A DNA stretch of 64,000 bases from Sphingomonadales bacterium (GTDB lineage Bacteria > Pseudomonadota > Alphaproteobacteria > Sphingomonadales > Sphingomonadaceae). The DNA is taken from positions 4,510 through 68,509 of the forward strand of contig JAXDPA010000099.1 in the NCBI GenBank assembly GCA_034668685.1, given 5' to 3'. The notes beneath the pieces are model-generated. The model worked only from the letters and a program-made list of their open reading frames with translations. It was not told the origin of the DNA and ran no database searches. The position numbers were made by a program, and so were the translations under genes. Of this stretch, positions 10,306 through 21,249 are shown piece after piece. Numbering within the stretch: position 1 is the first letter of the stretch; every line of letters starts with the position of its first letter.

Positions 10306-11244
10306 ATGGCGGCGATCGCGGATCTGCCGCGACTCGGCCTTGGGCTGGGGCTGCGCAATGTCCATTTCGAGGAGATCCTCCGCGACCGGCCGCGGATCGG
10401 CTGGTTCGAGGCGATCTCCGAGAATTTCATGGATTCCGGCGGTCGCCCACGCGCGGTGATCCGCGAGATCGCGGAGCATTATCCGATCGTCCTGCACGGC
10501 GTGTCGCTGTCGATCGGGAGTACCGATCCCTTGAACCTCGACTATCTGGCCCGTCTAAGGCGCCTCGCCGACGAGATTCGCCCGGCGTGGATCAGCGACC
10601 ATCTGTGCTGGACCGGAGTCATGGGACTCAATTCCCACGACCTCCTGCCGATGCCGCTGACCGAGGAGAGCCTGGCCCATGTCGCGGCGCGCGTGCGGCG
10701 GGCGCAGGATATCCTCGATCGGCCGCTCATCCTCGAAAATCCCAGCAGCTACCTGCGCTTCGCTCAGTCGACCATGGAGGAACCGGAATATCTGCGCCGC
10801 CTGTCCGACGAGACCGGGTGCGGGCTGCTGCTCGACGTCAACAACGTCTATGTCAGCTGCTTCAACGCCGGCACCGACCCCGTCGCCTATGTCGAGGCCT
10901 TCCCCTGCGAGCGCGTCGTCCAGATGCACCTCGCCGGTCATGAGCATCACGGCTCCCACGTCATCGACACGCACGACCGGCCGGTGCGCCCGGAAGTGTG
11001 GGACCTGTTCCGTCTCGCCTGGACCCGCACGGGCGGCGCCTCGACCCTGCTCGAGTGGGACGGGAATATCCCCTCGCTGGGCGAATGCCATGCGGAGCTG
11101 CTCAAGGCCGAGGCCTATATGACCGGTGCGGGAGCGGCCGCACCCGACGCTTCCGTCGATGGCGACGGTCCGGAGAGCATCTCCAATCCCGTCGGCTTCC
11201 TCGTGCCTCGGGTGATGGACAGCAACCTCATGGAACCGGCGTGA
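10306..11244 (+). CDS. DUF692 multinuclear non-heme iron oxidative enzyme (MNIO; MbnB/TglH/ChrH/BufB family)
   Basis: GLGLR, E.ISENF, LHGVSLSIG, SDHLCW, LENPS, LLDVNNVYV, HLAGH, IDTHD and LLEWD iron-ligand motifs all intact. Confidence 0.95.
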   Translation: MAAIADLPRLGLGLGLRNVHFEEILRDRPRIGWFEAISENFMDSGGRPRAVIREIAEHYPIVLHGVSLSIGSTDPLNLDYLARLRRLADEIRPAWISDHLCWTGVMGLNSHDLLPMPLTEESLAHVAARVRRAQDILDRPLILENPSSYLRFAQSTMEEPEYLRRLSDETGCGLLLDVNNVYVSCFNAGTDPVAYVEAFPCERVVQMHLAGHEHHGSHVIDTHDRPVRPEVWDLFRLAWTRTGGASTLLEWDGNIPSLGECHAELLKAEAYMTGAGAAAPDASVDGDGPESISNPVGFLVPRVMDSNLMEPA

Positions 11245-12143
11245 GCGCCGACGTCGCCTCCGTCCAGCGCTGGATGCACGAGGCTCTCATCTCGCCGCGA
11301 TCGGCCGCCCGCGCCGATATCGACGCCAGGCTCATCCACGGCGGCCGTCTCGCCGCCGCCGCCGGGCTCGCTATCTACCAACGCGGCTATTTCCTCCGCA
11401 TCGCCGCCTGCATGCGCGAGCAATTCCCCGCTTTGTGCCACGCGCTCGGACAGCCGCTGTTCGACGATTTCGTCGCCGATTATGTTCGCGACAAGCCGCC
11501 CGAGAGCCACACGCTCTACGACCTCGGCCGCCGCTTTCCCGCCTGGCTCGAGGAGAACCGGCCGGACCGGGATCTTTCCTCCGGCGAGCGGGAATCGTGG
11601 ATCGACTTCATGATCGACCTCGCCCGCTACGAGCGGCAGGTCTTCGCCATGTTCGACAGGGAAGGTCAAGAAGGCCGGCCTTTCGCCGCGACGGCGACCC
11701 CGGACGAGCATCTCAGGCTGCAACCCTGCTTCGATCTCGGCGCCTATGGCTTTGCGGTTCCGTCTTATTACCATGCCGTGCGCCGCGGCGAGGCGCCCTC
11801 GCTGCCGCCGCGCGGACCCGCTTATGCGGCGCTGGTGCGAACCGACTATGTGACCCGAACGATCCCGCTCACCCAGCCGCAATACGTCTTCCTCGCCGCG
11901 ATGAAGCAAAGCGGCACCGTCGAACGCGGCGCCGCGGCCCTGGCGCGGCATCTTGGGATGGATTCGAGCGAGGTACGCGATTCCTGGTCGTCCTCGGGCG
12001 AGCGGCAGCGGTGGATCGACTGGGGCTTCTTCGTCGCGGGTCTCGCAGCGCGTCCTGACGGGAACGACGGGATTCGAAGTCTCGAACTTCAAGATCACGC
12101 GCCCGGGCGTCCCCGTCCGACCATGAAGGGAGTGTCTCCATGA
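11241..12143 (+). CDS. DUF2063-type MNIO partner protein (HvfC/BufC-like)
   Basis: GTGA overlap with the MNIO gene; LAIYQRGY..R....FPAL..LG...F, PP.S..L..LG..FP.WL and DLARYE motifs. Confidence 0.85.
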   Translation: MSADVASVQRWMHEALISPRSAARADIDARLIHGGRLAAAAGLAIYQRGYFLRIAACMREQFPALCHALGQPLFDDFVADYVRDKPPESHTLYDLGRRFPAWLEENRPDRDLSSGERESWIDFMIDLARYERQVFAMFDREGQEGRPFAATATPDEHLRLQPCFDLGAYGFAVPSYYHAVRRGEAPSLPPRGPAYAALVRTDYVTRTIPLTQPQYVFLAAMKQSGTVERGAAALARHLGMDSSEVRDSWSSSGERQRWIDWGFFVAGLAARPDGNDGIRSLELQDHAPGRPRPTMKGVSP

Positions 12144-14008
12144 CCAGCTATGTGATCGTCGGCGCCGGTGCGGCGGGGCTCTATACCGCGTGGCGGCTGC
12201 TGAGCGGAGGAACGCTGGCGAGCGGCGACACCGTCCAGCTCTACGAATGGTCCGACCGGCCCGGCGGGCGCATCTGCACCTACACGTTTCCGGCCGGCGT
12301 CTATCCGTCCGGCACCCAGCCGGATCGGCTTTATTGCGAATTCGGAGGGATGCGCTTCGCCGTGGACCAAGGGTTCAAGAAGAACAAGAAGATCATTGAG
12401 GGACATGTGCTGGTGCAAAGCACCATCCGTGCGCTGAACCTCGAGGATAAGGTCGTCGATTTCGACGAGTCCCCGCAACGCCTCTATTATCTGCGCGGGC
12501 GGCACGTTTACGAGAATTCGCTCGACAGCCTTTGGGCTTTCCAGGCCCTTCCCTATGGCTTCAACGACGATTTCATGAAGTTCGTGCAGGCGAATATCCA
12601 ACCACCCTACACGGCCGACAACCTGCTCGGCGCGATCGCCGCCCTGTTCGCGCCGAACCTCGGCTCCAGCAACGGCGACCGAAGCAAGTGGTGCAGCTAC
12701 TATGCGTCCGGGGCGGTTACGACGCCGGCGGCCGGGGTCGCATTTCCGGCGGGAACGCCGATCCGCGACATCGGCTACTGGAATCTCCTCTACGATCAGT
12801 TCGGCGACGAGGGTTTCGATTATTCCGCGGATGGCACCGGCTATACGTCCAACGTCATCAACTGGAACGCCGCGGATGCGATGCAGGCCAACAACGATTA
12901 TGGATCGAGCACCAGCTACATGCGCCTCGACGGCGGTTACAGCATCCTGTTCGAAACTCTCGCCTCCAAGGTGAAGAAGCTTGCCGCCAAGTTCCCCGGC
13001 TCCGGCCTGTTGTTCGGCGAGCAGCTGACCAGCCTGTCGGAGGCAGCGAACAACCGGACGCTCTGCACCTTCTCGAAGGAAGGCCAATCCCACGAGGTGC
13101 TCGCCGACCAGCTGTTCCTGGCAATGCCGAGGCGCTCGCTGGAGCTCGTCGCGGCTGGCTGCTCCCAGGATTACATGCTCAACCAGCCCGCCGTCCGATA
13201 CTGGCTCGATTCGTCGATCGACCAACCCGCCATCAAGGTCGTCATGGTTTTCGACGAAGCCTGGTGGACCAGTGCGGAATGCGCCTTCCCGCCCCAGCTG
13301 TTCGTCCCCAAGGGCGCTCCGGAGAGCCAGGGGGTCGGCGGACCGTCGATAACCGACCTGCCGCTGCGCATGGTCTATTATTTCGGCAACAACGTCCCGG
13401 GCGGTCCTGGCACCAAGGGCGGACCGTACGTCCTGCTCGCCAGCTACGACGACATGAACTATTCCGGCTTCTGGCGCGAGCTCGAGATTTCAGGGGATTA
13501 CCCCGTCCCGCCCCCGGTGGTCCGGCAGCCGCTCGACGGTCCGACGGAGGTGCCCGCGGATTCGCCTCTGACCGCCATCCTGCTGAAGCAGCTTGCCGAG
13601 TTGCACGGGATCGCGCTCGACAGGATACCGGCGCCGACCGGCGTCTATTTCCAGGACTGGGGCCAGGATCCGTTCGGCGCCGGCTATCACGGCTGGTCCG
13701 CCCACTACAACATCTGCCAGGCCATGGACTATGTGCGCGCTCCATACGCCAGGATCCTAGGGAACCCGGATCGCAAGACCTACATCGTCGGCTCCTGCTA
13801 CTCGTTCGACCAGGCATGGGTCGAAGGCGCCTTCTGCGTCGCCGAATCCGTGTTGCAGGACTTCGTGGGTCTCAAGCCGTTCGTCGGCACGGGCTATACG
13901 CTCATCTGCACCGCAACGATGGGAGAGGGGGGACCGCCGCAGGCGACCCTGAAGGCAACCCCGGCGGACCGGAAGGCGACGAATCCGAACCGCGCGCACC
14001 GCGGCTAG
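12140..14008 (+). CDS. FAD-dependent amine/L-amino-acid oxidase (VioA/LAAO-like)
   Basis: GAGAAGL Rossmann motif, E..DRPGGRI, EFGGMRF, GAGYHGW, YIVGSCYS..QAWVEGA C-terminal FAD motif; ATGA overlap; no signal peptide. Confidence 0.85.
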   Translation: MTSYVIVGAGAAGLYTAWRLLSGGTLASGDTVQLYEWSDRPGGRICTYTFPAGVYPSGTQPDRLYCEFGGMRFAVDQGFKKNKKIIEGHVLVQSTIRALNLEDKVVDFDESPQRLYYLRGRHVYENSLDSLWAFQALPYGFNDDFMKFVQANIQPPYTADNLLGAIAALFAPNLGSSNGDRSKWCSYYASGAVTTPAAGVAFPAGTPIRDIGYWNLLYDQFGDEGFDYSADGTGYTSNVINWNAADAMQANNDYGSSTSYMRLDGGYSILFETLASKVKKLAAKFPGSGLLFGEQLTSLSEAANNRTLCTFSKEGQSHEVLADQLFLAMPRRSLELVAAGCSQDYMLNQPAVRYWLDSSIDQPAIKVVMVFDEAWWTSAECAFPPQLFVPKGAPESQGVGGPSITDLPLRMVYYFGNNVPGGPGTKGGPYVLLASYDDMNYSGFWRELEISGDYPVPPPVVRQPLDGPTEVPADSPLTAILLKQLAELHGIALDRIPAPTGVYFQDWGQDPFGAGYHGWSAHYNICQAMDYVRAPYARILGNPDRKTYIVGSCYSFDQAWVEGAFCVAESVLQDFVGLKPFVGTGYTLICTATMGEGGPPQATLKATPADRKATNPNRAHRG

Positions 14009-14029
14009 TCCCTCGCTCTACCGACGTGC

Positions 14030-15856
<1,827 letters not shown>

Positions 15857-15876
15857 TACCTGCCGCCGTCCCTCTT

Positions 15877-15957
15877 CCGTTCGGCCTGAGCCTGTCGAAG
15901 GCCTTCACTTGCTGCGTAGATAGAAAAAAGGCCCTTCGACAAGCTCAGGGCGAACGG
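15877..15957. repeat. REP-like intergenic inverted repeat
   Basis: CCGTTCGGCCTGAGCCTGTCGAAGG ... CCCTTCGACAAGCTCAGGGCGAACGG imperfect inverted arms between glmU and glmS. Confidence 0.75.
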
Positions 15958-15965
15958 TTTGTGGC

Positions 15966-17324
15966 TCAATCGCGTTTCTTCCTTGCCGACATGGCGGCGC
16001 GGAAGCGTGCCGCCCAGCCGGGCCTTGCCTCCTGTCTGCCGCGGGCGACGGCGAGCGCGTCGGCTTCCACGTCGGCGGTGATCACCGATCCCGCTGCGAC
16101 GATCGCGCGCGCGCCGATCGCCACCGGCGCGACCAGCGCCGAGTTGGAGCCGATGAACGCCCCCTCGCCGATCGACGTGCCGTATTTGAAGAAGCCGTCG
16201 TAATTGCAGGTGATCGTGCCGGCGCCGACATTCGCTCCGGCCCCCACCTCGGCGTCGCCGAGATAGGTCAGGTGGTTGGCCTTGGCGCCTCTGCCGAGCT
16301 TCGCCTTCTTGGTCTCGACGAAGTTGCCGATCCGGGCACCCTCTCCGATGTCGCTGCCCGGGCGCAGCCGGGCATAGGGGCCGATCTCGGCCCCGCGTGC
16401 GATCGAGGCCCCCTCGATATGGCAGAAGGCCCGGATTCGGACGCCCTCGGCGATCCGTACGCCGGGGCCGAACACGACGTTGGGCTCGACGATCGTGTCG
16501 CGGCCGATCTGCGTGTCGTGGCTGAACCAGACCGTCTCCGGAGCGACGAGGCTCACCCCGTCGACCATCGCCCGGGCGCGGCGGCGGCGCTGCCAGATCG
16601 CCTCGACGCCGGCCAGCTCGCCGCGGCTGTTGACGCCGGCGACCTCCTCGGCGTCGGTCTCGATGACCGCCGAACGACGCCCGTCCGCCGCGGCCAGCAT
16701 GACGATGTCGGGCAGGTAATATTCGCCGGCGGCATTGGCGTTGCCGACCTTGTGGAGGAGCGGCCAGAGGTCCACCGAGCGCACCGCCATCAAACCCGAA
16801 TTGCACAGGTCGACGGCGCGCTCGGCCGGGCTGGCGTCCTTGTGCTCGATCATCTTGTCGATGGTGCCGTCGGGGCCGGCGAAGATGCGGCCATAGGCTG
16901 CGGCATCCGCGGGCCGGAAGCCGACGACGACCGCCGCCGGCGCGTCGGGGGCGCGAAGCCGCTCCAGCATTCGCTCCATCGTCGCCGTGCCGACCAGCGG
17001 CGTGTCTCCGTAGAGAATCAGGATGTCGCCCTCGAATCCCTGAAGCGCGCCTTCGGCCTGGAGGACGGCGTGGGCGGTGCCCTGCTGCGGCTCCTGGACC
17101 ACGACGACTCCGCCGTGGCGCTGGACGAGCGGCTCGACCTGCTCGCGGCCGCTGCCGATCACGACCGCCGTGTGCGCGGGGCGAAGGGCGTCGACGCTCG
17201 CCAGCAGATGCTCCAGCATCGGCCGGCCGGCGAGCGGATGGAGGACCTTGTGGAGGTCCGACTTCATCCGCGTCCCCTTGCCCGCGGCGAGGATGATGGC
17301 GGCGACGGGCCGTTCCCTGCTCAT
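15966..17324 (-). CDS. glmU: Bifunctional UDP-GlcNAc pyrophosphorylase/glucosamine-1-P acetyltransferase
   Basis: ILAAGKGTRMKS, EYYLPD, hexapeptide repeats, GAGTITCNYDG. Confidence 0.98.
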   Translation of the reverse strand: MSRERPVAAIILAAGKGTRMKSDLHKVLHPLAGRPMLEHLLASVDALRPAHTAVVIGSGREQVEPLVQRHGGVVVVQEPQQGTAHAVLQAEGALQGFEGDILILYGDTPLVGTATMERMLERLRAPDAPAAVVVGFRPADAAAYGRIFAGPDGTIDKMIEHKDASPAERAVDLCNSGLMAVRSVDLWPLLHKVGNANAAGEYYLPDIVMLAAADGRRSAVIETDAEEVAGVNSRGELAGVEAIWQRRRRARAMVDGVSLVAPETVWFSHDTQIGRDTIVEPNVVFGPGVRIAEGVRIRAFCHIEGASIARGAEIGPYARLRPGSDIGEGARIGNFVETKKAKLGRGAKANHLTYLGDAEVGAGANVGAGTITCNYDGFFKYGTSIGEGAFIGSNSALVAPVAIGARAIVAAGSVITADVEADALAVARGRQEARPGWAARFRAAMSARKKRD

Positions 17325-17383
17325 GGTGCCGCCAATCGCACGATAAGGTTGAAACTTCCACTCATCGTGCGCAGGGCCCGGCG

Positions 17384-18046
17384 ATGGCCGCCCTTCCCTT
17401 CCGCGTTGTCGCCTTCGACCTCGACGGAACGCTGGCGGACACCGCCGCCGATCTCGCCGCCGCGCTCAACCACGCGTTGGGAAGGCTGGGGCGGCCGGAA
17501 GTGCCGGCGGACGGCGTGCGCCATCTCGTCGGCCATGGGGCCCGAGCTTTGCTGAAGCGGGGACTCGGCCTGAGCGGCGACGCGTCGGAGACCCTGGTCG
17601 AAGCGAGCTTTCCCCTCTTCATCGACTATTATGCCGCCAACATCTGCCGGGGCACCCGGCCCTATCCGGGCGTGGAGGCGGCCCTGGACGCGCTCGGCGA
17701 GAGCGGCGCGAAGCTCGCCGTGTGTACCAACAAGGCGGAGCGGCTGACCCATTTGCTGCTCGACGCGCTCGGCTGGCACAACCGCTTCGATGCCGTCGTC
17801 GGCGGGGACAGCCTGCCCGTACGCAAGCCCGATGCCAGGCCGCTCTTCGAAGCGGTGGCGCTCGCCGGCGGCGGCCGCGCCGCCTTCGTCGGCGATTCGA
17901 TCACCGATGCCGATACCGCCCGCGCGGCCTGCATCCCGTTCGTCGCGGTCAGCTTCGGCTTCTCCGACCGGCCGGTCGAGGCACTCGGTGCCGATGCGGT
18001 GATCGACCGTTATGAGCAGCTGCTGCCCGCCCTCCGCAAGCTCTGA
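17384..18046 (+). CDS. gph: HAD-family phosphoglycolate phosphatase
   Basis: FDLDGTL, CTNK, RKPD and VGDS motifs; usual position divergent from glmU. Confidence 0.85.
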   Translation: MAALPFRVVAFDLDGTLADTAADLAAALNHALGRLGRPEVPADGVRHLVGHGARALLKRGLGLSGDASETLVEASFPLFIDYYAANICRGTRPYPGVEAALDALGESGAKLAVCTNKAERLTHLLLDALGWHNRFDAVVGGDSLPVRKPDARPLFEAVALAGGGRAAFVGDSITDADTARAACIPFVAVSFGFSDRPVEALGADAVIDRYEQLLPALRKL

Positions 18047-19045
18047 TCAGTGCTGCGCCTTGCGCCACAAGTGCCGCGCCAGCATCAATGGCGGCATGCG
18101 CAGCCAGTGTGAGCGAACGTAGAAACCGAAGCGCAGCGCGCGGCGGCTCGGACGGCCCCAGCCGTCGCGGGCGAGGAGGCGCGCCCTGAATAAAGGATCG
18201 GCGCTATTCCAGACGCGCCAGCCCTCGGGCACGGGTGTGCCGTAAAGGTCGTCGGCGAGCCGGCCCGCGCGGTGCACGGCGGCGAGCAGGCCGTGGCGCG
18301 CCGCCCGGTCGTGGAGGCGCTGCCAGAAACCTTCCCGACCTTCGAACTCGCGCAACAGACGGTCGACGTCCCAGAGGTTGCGCAGACCTCCCGCGAGGTC
18401 GCCGTCGGCGAAGAGATGGGCCGCGGAGTGAACGACCATGTCTTCCGGGCAAAGAATCCGAAGGCCGTTCTCGAGCGCCACGCTGTCGGCGACCAAAGCC
18501 TCCGCGTCCGGCTTCGGCCGCGCGGTGAGCGGGAGAATATTGTGATGGACGTCGATCATCCTGTCGCGGGTCGAATGGATGAGCGGCGGCAGCTCGTGCA
18601 TCCAGCGGCGGTAATAGAGGTCGTCATAGGGATCCTCCTTGACCCATTCCCAGCCTGCGGCGAGCAGCGCCCGCTCGACCTCCGTCAGCGCCGCCCGGGG
18701 CGCCAGGATGTCGAGGTCGCCGATCGAGCGGCCGACAGCGGCGTCGAGCCCGGCGGCGGCATAGGCCGTGCCCTTGAGCAGGATGACCGGTACGTCGAGC
18801 GACGCCAGCGCGCGGCGCGCCATCTCGGCTTCCCACAGGGCCTGGGTCCGCCCGGCGTCGGCGGCGGCCCGAGCGTCCGCCAGCAGGCGCTCGACCGGGT
18901 CCGGCAGCTTCTGGCCCCGGAGGCGAAACGCGAGGCTGCCCGCAAGCGATTCGGCGCGGGCAGCGGCGAGGATCGCGGTCCAATCCCGAACCTCGGCCGA
19001 AGCCTCGGGATCGGCGAGCAGGCGAGCGACCACGGCGGCGCTCAC
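18047..19045 (-). CDS. Nucleotidyltransferase family protein (NTP_transf_5-like) of HPr-rel-A cassette
   Basis: ILLKG, R.IGDLDIL and IDVHH motifs; GTGA overlap with the kinase gene. Confidence 0.82.
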   Translation of the reverse strand: MSAAVVARLLADPEASAEVRDWTAILAAARAESLAGSLAFRLRGQKLPDPVERLLADARAAADAGRTQALWEAEMARRALASLDVPVILLKGTAYAAAGLDAAVGRSIGDLDILAPRAALTEVERALLAAGWEWVKEDPYDDLYYRRWMHELPPLIHSTRDRMIDVHHNILPLTARPKPDAEALVADSVALENGLRILCPEDMVVHSAAHLFADGDLAGGLRNLWDVDRLLREFEGREGFWQRLHDRAARHGLLAAVHRAGRLADDLYGTPVPEGWRVWNSADPLFRARLLARDGWGRPSRRALRFGFYVRSHWLRMPPLMLARHLWRKAQH

Positions 19046-19902
19046 CGCGCCTCCTCCCACAGCCGGTCGACGAGCAGGGCGGCCTCCTCCCCATCGGAAT
19101 AATCGATGGCGCGACCAGGGACCGAGGTGACGAGCCGGGTCAGCGCCTCGAAACCGCGCTCGGCCAGCGCGACATAGTTGGTCGACGCCTGGGTCAGGCG
19201 CGCGAACACCTCGGCGGCGCCGACCTGCCGAACGGCGGGCGCCAGCCCCGCGCCGAAGCGGGGAAAGAGGATCAAGGCCGGCGCGGCCGGTTCGTCCATC
19301 CGAGCGATCGCCTCGGCGTTCGGCCGCAGGTGCCGGATCGTGCCCTTGGGCGTCCCTTCGAGCCGAGGGCCGAGCCGCGCCGCGTCGACTTGGGCGAACA
19401 GCGGCAGCGCGTCGTTCTTGAGGCTGACCGCGCGCGGAAACGGGTAGAGCAGGCCGTCGCTAAGACCGAGCAGGGCGAATTCGTCGCCCATGAAGCGCCA
19501 GCCACGCTCGCCGAGCCACGCCGCCAGCGTCGACTTGCCGGCACCCGACAGGCCGGTCATCAGCACGGCCCTGCCCTCCCGCTCGACCGCGGCGGCGTGC
19601 AGCAGAAGGTGGCGGCGCTGACCGAGCGCCATCTGGAGGTTCATGCCCATTTCGGCGGCAAGGAGGCCGAGGGAGAGCGGCAGCGGCAAAGTGTCGGGCA
19701 GCCAGTAATCGCCCGTGATCGACACCGAGGGACGCAGCCACCGGCGCCACGGCCTCGCCGCCTCGAGACGAACGGTGAAATCGCAGGGCGCCTCCGGCTC
19801 GGGATAGCCCGCGTACAGCCGTTCGAGCTGGTCGAGCGGCCTCTGCCAGGCCGAGCCGATGCGGAACGACACCGGCCCGACTCGAATCTCCAGCCGGCGC
19901 AT
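19042..19902 (-). CDS. HprK-related kinase A
   Basis: LLHAAAVE, P-loop GLSGAGKST, FMGDEF, SLKN and TPKG motifs. Confidence 0.88.
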   Translation of the reverse strand: MRRLEIRVGPVSFRIGSAWQRPLDQLERLYAGYPEPEAPCDFTVRLEAARPWRRWLRPSVSITGDYWLPDTLPLPLSLGLLAAEMGMNLQMALGQRRHLLLHAAAVEREGRAVLMTGLSGAGKSTLAAWLGERGWRFMGDEFALLGLSDGLLYPFPRAVSLKNDALPLFAQVDAARLGPRLEGTPKGTIRHLRPNAEAIARMDEPAAPALILFPRFGAGLAPAVRQVGAAEVFARLTQASTNYVALAERGFEALTRLVTSVPGRAIDYSDGEEAALLVDRLWEEAR

Positions 19903-20174
19903 CAGGCCCGGCGGGCCAGCCCCGCCGCCTCCAGCTCGGCGAGCCGCGCGGCGATCGCGGCCGGGGCGTCGTCGGAGGCGAGGTCGAAACGTTCGCCCAT
20001 CCGCAGCAGCAGCCCGTCGGCATCGGCCGGCTCTTCGGCCAGCGCCTCGAGGATTTGCGGCGCCGGCGGCGCGAGGATGTGGGTGGTGCCGGAAGGACGG
20101 TGGTAGAGCGCGGTCAGAGTCTCGAGGGCGGCCGTTCGGACCGCCTCGGGCGGGTCGGCGACGAACCGGGCCAT
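19902..20174 (-). CDS. PqqD-family peptide chaperone (RRE), HPr-rel-A system
   Basis: 90 aa; LYHRPSGTTHIL...ILEAL...L.EL..AGL winged-helix RRE pattern; coupled to the kinase gene. Confidence 0.8.
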   Translation of the reverse strand: MARFVADPPEAVRTAALETLTALYHRPSGTTHILAPPAPQILEALAEEPADADGLLLRMGERFDLASDDAPAAIAARLAELEAAGLARRA

Positions 20175-20187
20175 GCCGGCCGTCTGA

Positions 20188-20595
20188 TCAGCGCGGCATC
20201 TGCAGCGAGGCGAAGCAGGTGAAGCCGCTCGTCCCCGCATGCAGGCGGCCGATATATTTGACATAGGCCTGGGCGGCGTCGGCATCGAGCCCGGCCGGGG
20301 TCGGCCCGTTGTGGAGCAGCGCCTTGACCTCCTCGCCGGTCAGCGGCCGCGGCGCCGGCGGAAAGGCGCCCGGAGTGCCTGGCGGGACCACGCTGCCGTC
20401 GGCGGCGATGTAATTGCCGGCCTGGTCGGGCGACGGCACCGGAATCTGGCAGTTGAGCACCGACACCGCGGTGTTGGCGAAGGCGGGGCGGATCGTCACG
20501 ACGGTCGAGGCCGCCGCCGCGCCGAGGGCGAGCACGGTTCGCCGGCTGGGCGCGAAACCCTCCCCCTCGGGGCTGCTGTCTTCGCTTGCGCTCAT
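20188..20595 (-). CDS. Tat-signal protein with C-terminal TCFAS motif; candidate substrate of the HPr-rel-A cassette
   Basis: SRRTVLALGAAAA...RPAFA twin-arginine leader; ends GTSGFTCFASLQMPR; 13 bp upstream of the RRE gene. Confidence 0.7.
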   Translation of the reverse strand: MSASEDSSPEGEGFAPSRRTVLALGAAAASTVVTIRPAFANTAVSVLNCQIPVPSPDQAGNYIAADGSVVPPGTPGAFPPAPRPLTGEEVKALLHNGPTPAGLDADAAQAYVKYIGRLHAGTSGFTCFASLQMPR

Positions 20596-20818
20596 CGCGG
20601 GCTCACTATTCCCATGCTGTTTCTTAAGCGTAAAGCCCGCTTGTGGCGAGCGGGCCGAGGGCGGCTCCCGTCCCGCCGAGGGACGGTGCGGCGGGCCGTG
20701 CGTCGCACGTGACAAAAAGTTCAGTGCCTCCGGGAAACGGGAGAAAAATCGTTTCGGCCTCGTTTAGGTGCCGGGCCGCCGGTGTACATAGCGGCTTTCA
20801 TCCCAAGGAGGATCGCGA

Positions 20819-21139
20819 ATGAAGACCTTTATCTTTGCGGCCGCGCTGATGCTCGGCGGCGCCGCGATGGCGCAAGACACCGCCCCGGCGGGCGGCACCC
20901 CGGTCGCGCCCGGCAACGCCGCGCCCGAGCGCGATGCCCGCGGCATTCCGGTCGTCTCGGCCGAAGCCGTGGCCCCCACCGGCTACAACCAGCCGGCGCA
21001 GGTCGGTCCGGCCGGAACGCTTACGCCGAATCAGCCGGCGACCAGCATGCCGCCGGCGGGCGATCTGCCGCCGTGCACGCGCAAGGTCACCGACCATTGC
21101 ACCCAGACCTACGAGCGGCACCGCGCGACCAAGATGTGA
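20819..21139 (+). CDS. Small secreted Pro/Ala-rich protein with C-terminal CX7C
   Basis: RBS AGGAGG, Sec signal MKTFIFAAALMLGGAAMA, PPCTRKVTDHCTQ. Confidence 0.75.
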   Translation: MKTFIFAAALMLGGAAMAQDTAPAGGTPVAPGNAAPERDARGIPVVSAEAVAPTGYNQPAQVGPAGTLTPNQPATSMPPAGDLPPCTRKVTDHCTQTYERHRATKM

Positions 21140-21249
21140 ACGGCTGAAGGGGACACGTGAACGGACGTGTCCCCTCGCTCCCGTTTGCTAATCGCTTCCA
21201 GTCTGCCATCAACCCGCCGAACTCCACGATCAGCGGGACGCGATAGATC

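Noticed and set aside
9588-12143. Ordinary bufferin or methanobactin locus
   Set aside because: No clear signal peptide, no DoxX, ECF sigma/anti-sigma, MbnC or TonB receptor, and the substrate is much longer than those precursors.
8020-14008. Violacein or indolocarbazole biosynthesis cluster
   Set aside because: The ferritin-like protein is about half the size of VioB/RebD, and there are no VioC/D/E, P450 or halogenase genes. Only an analogy is claimed.
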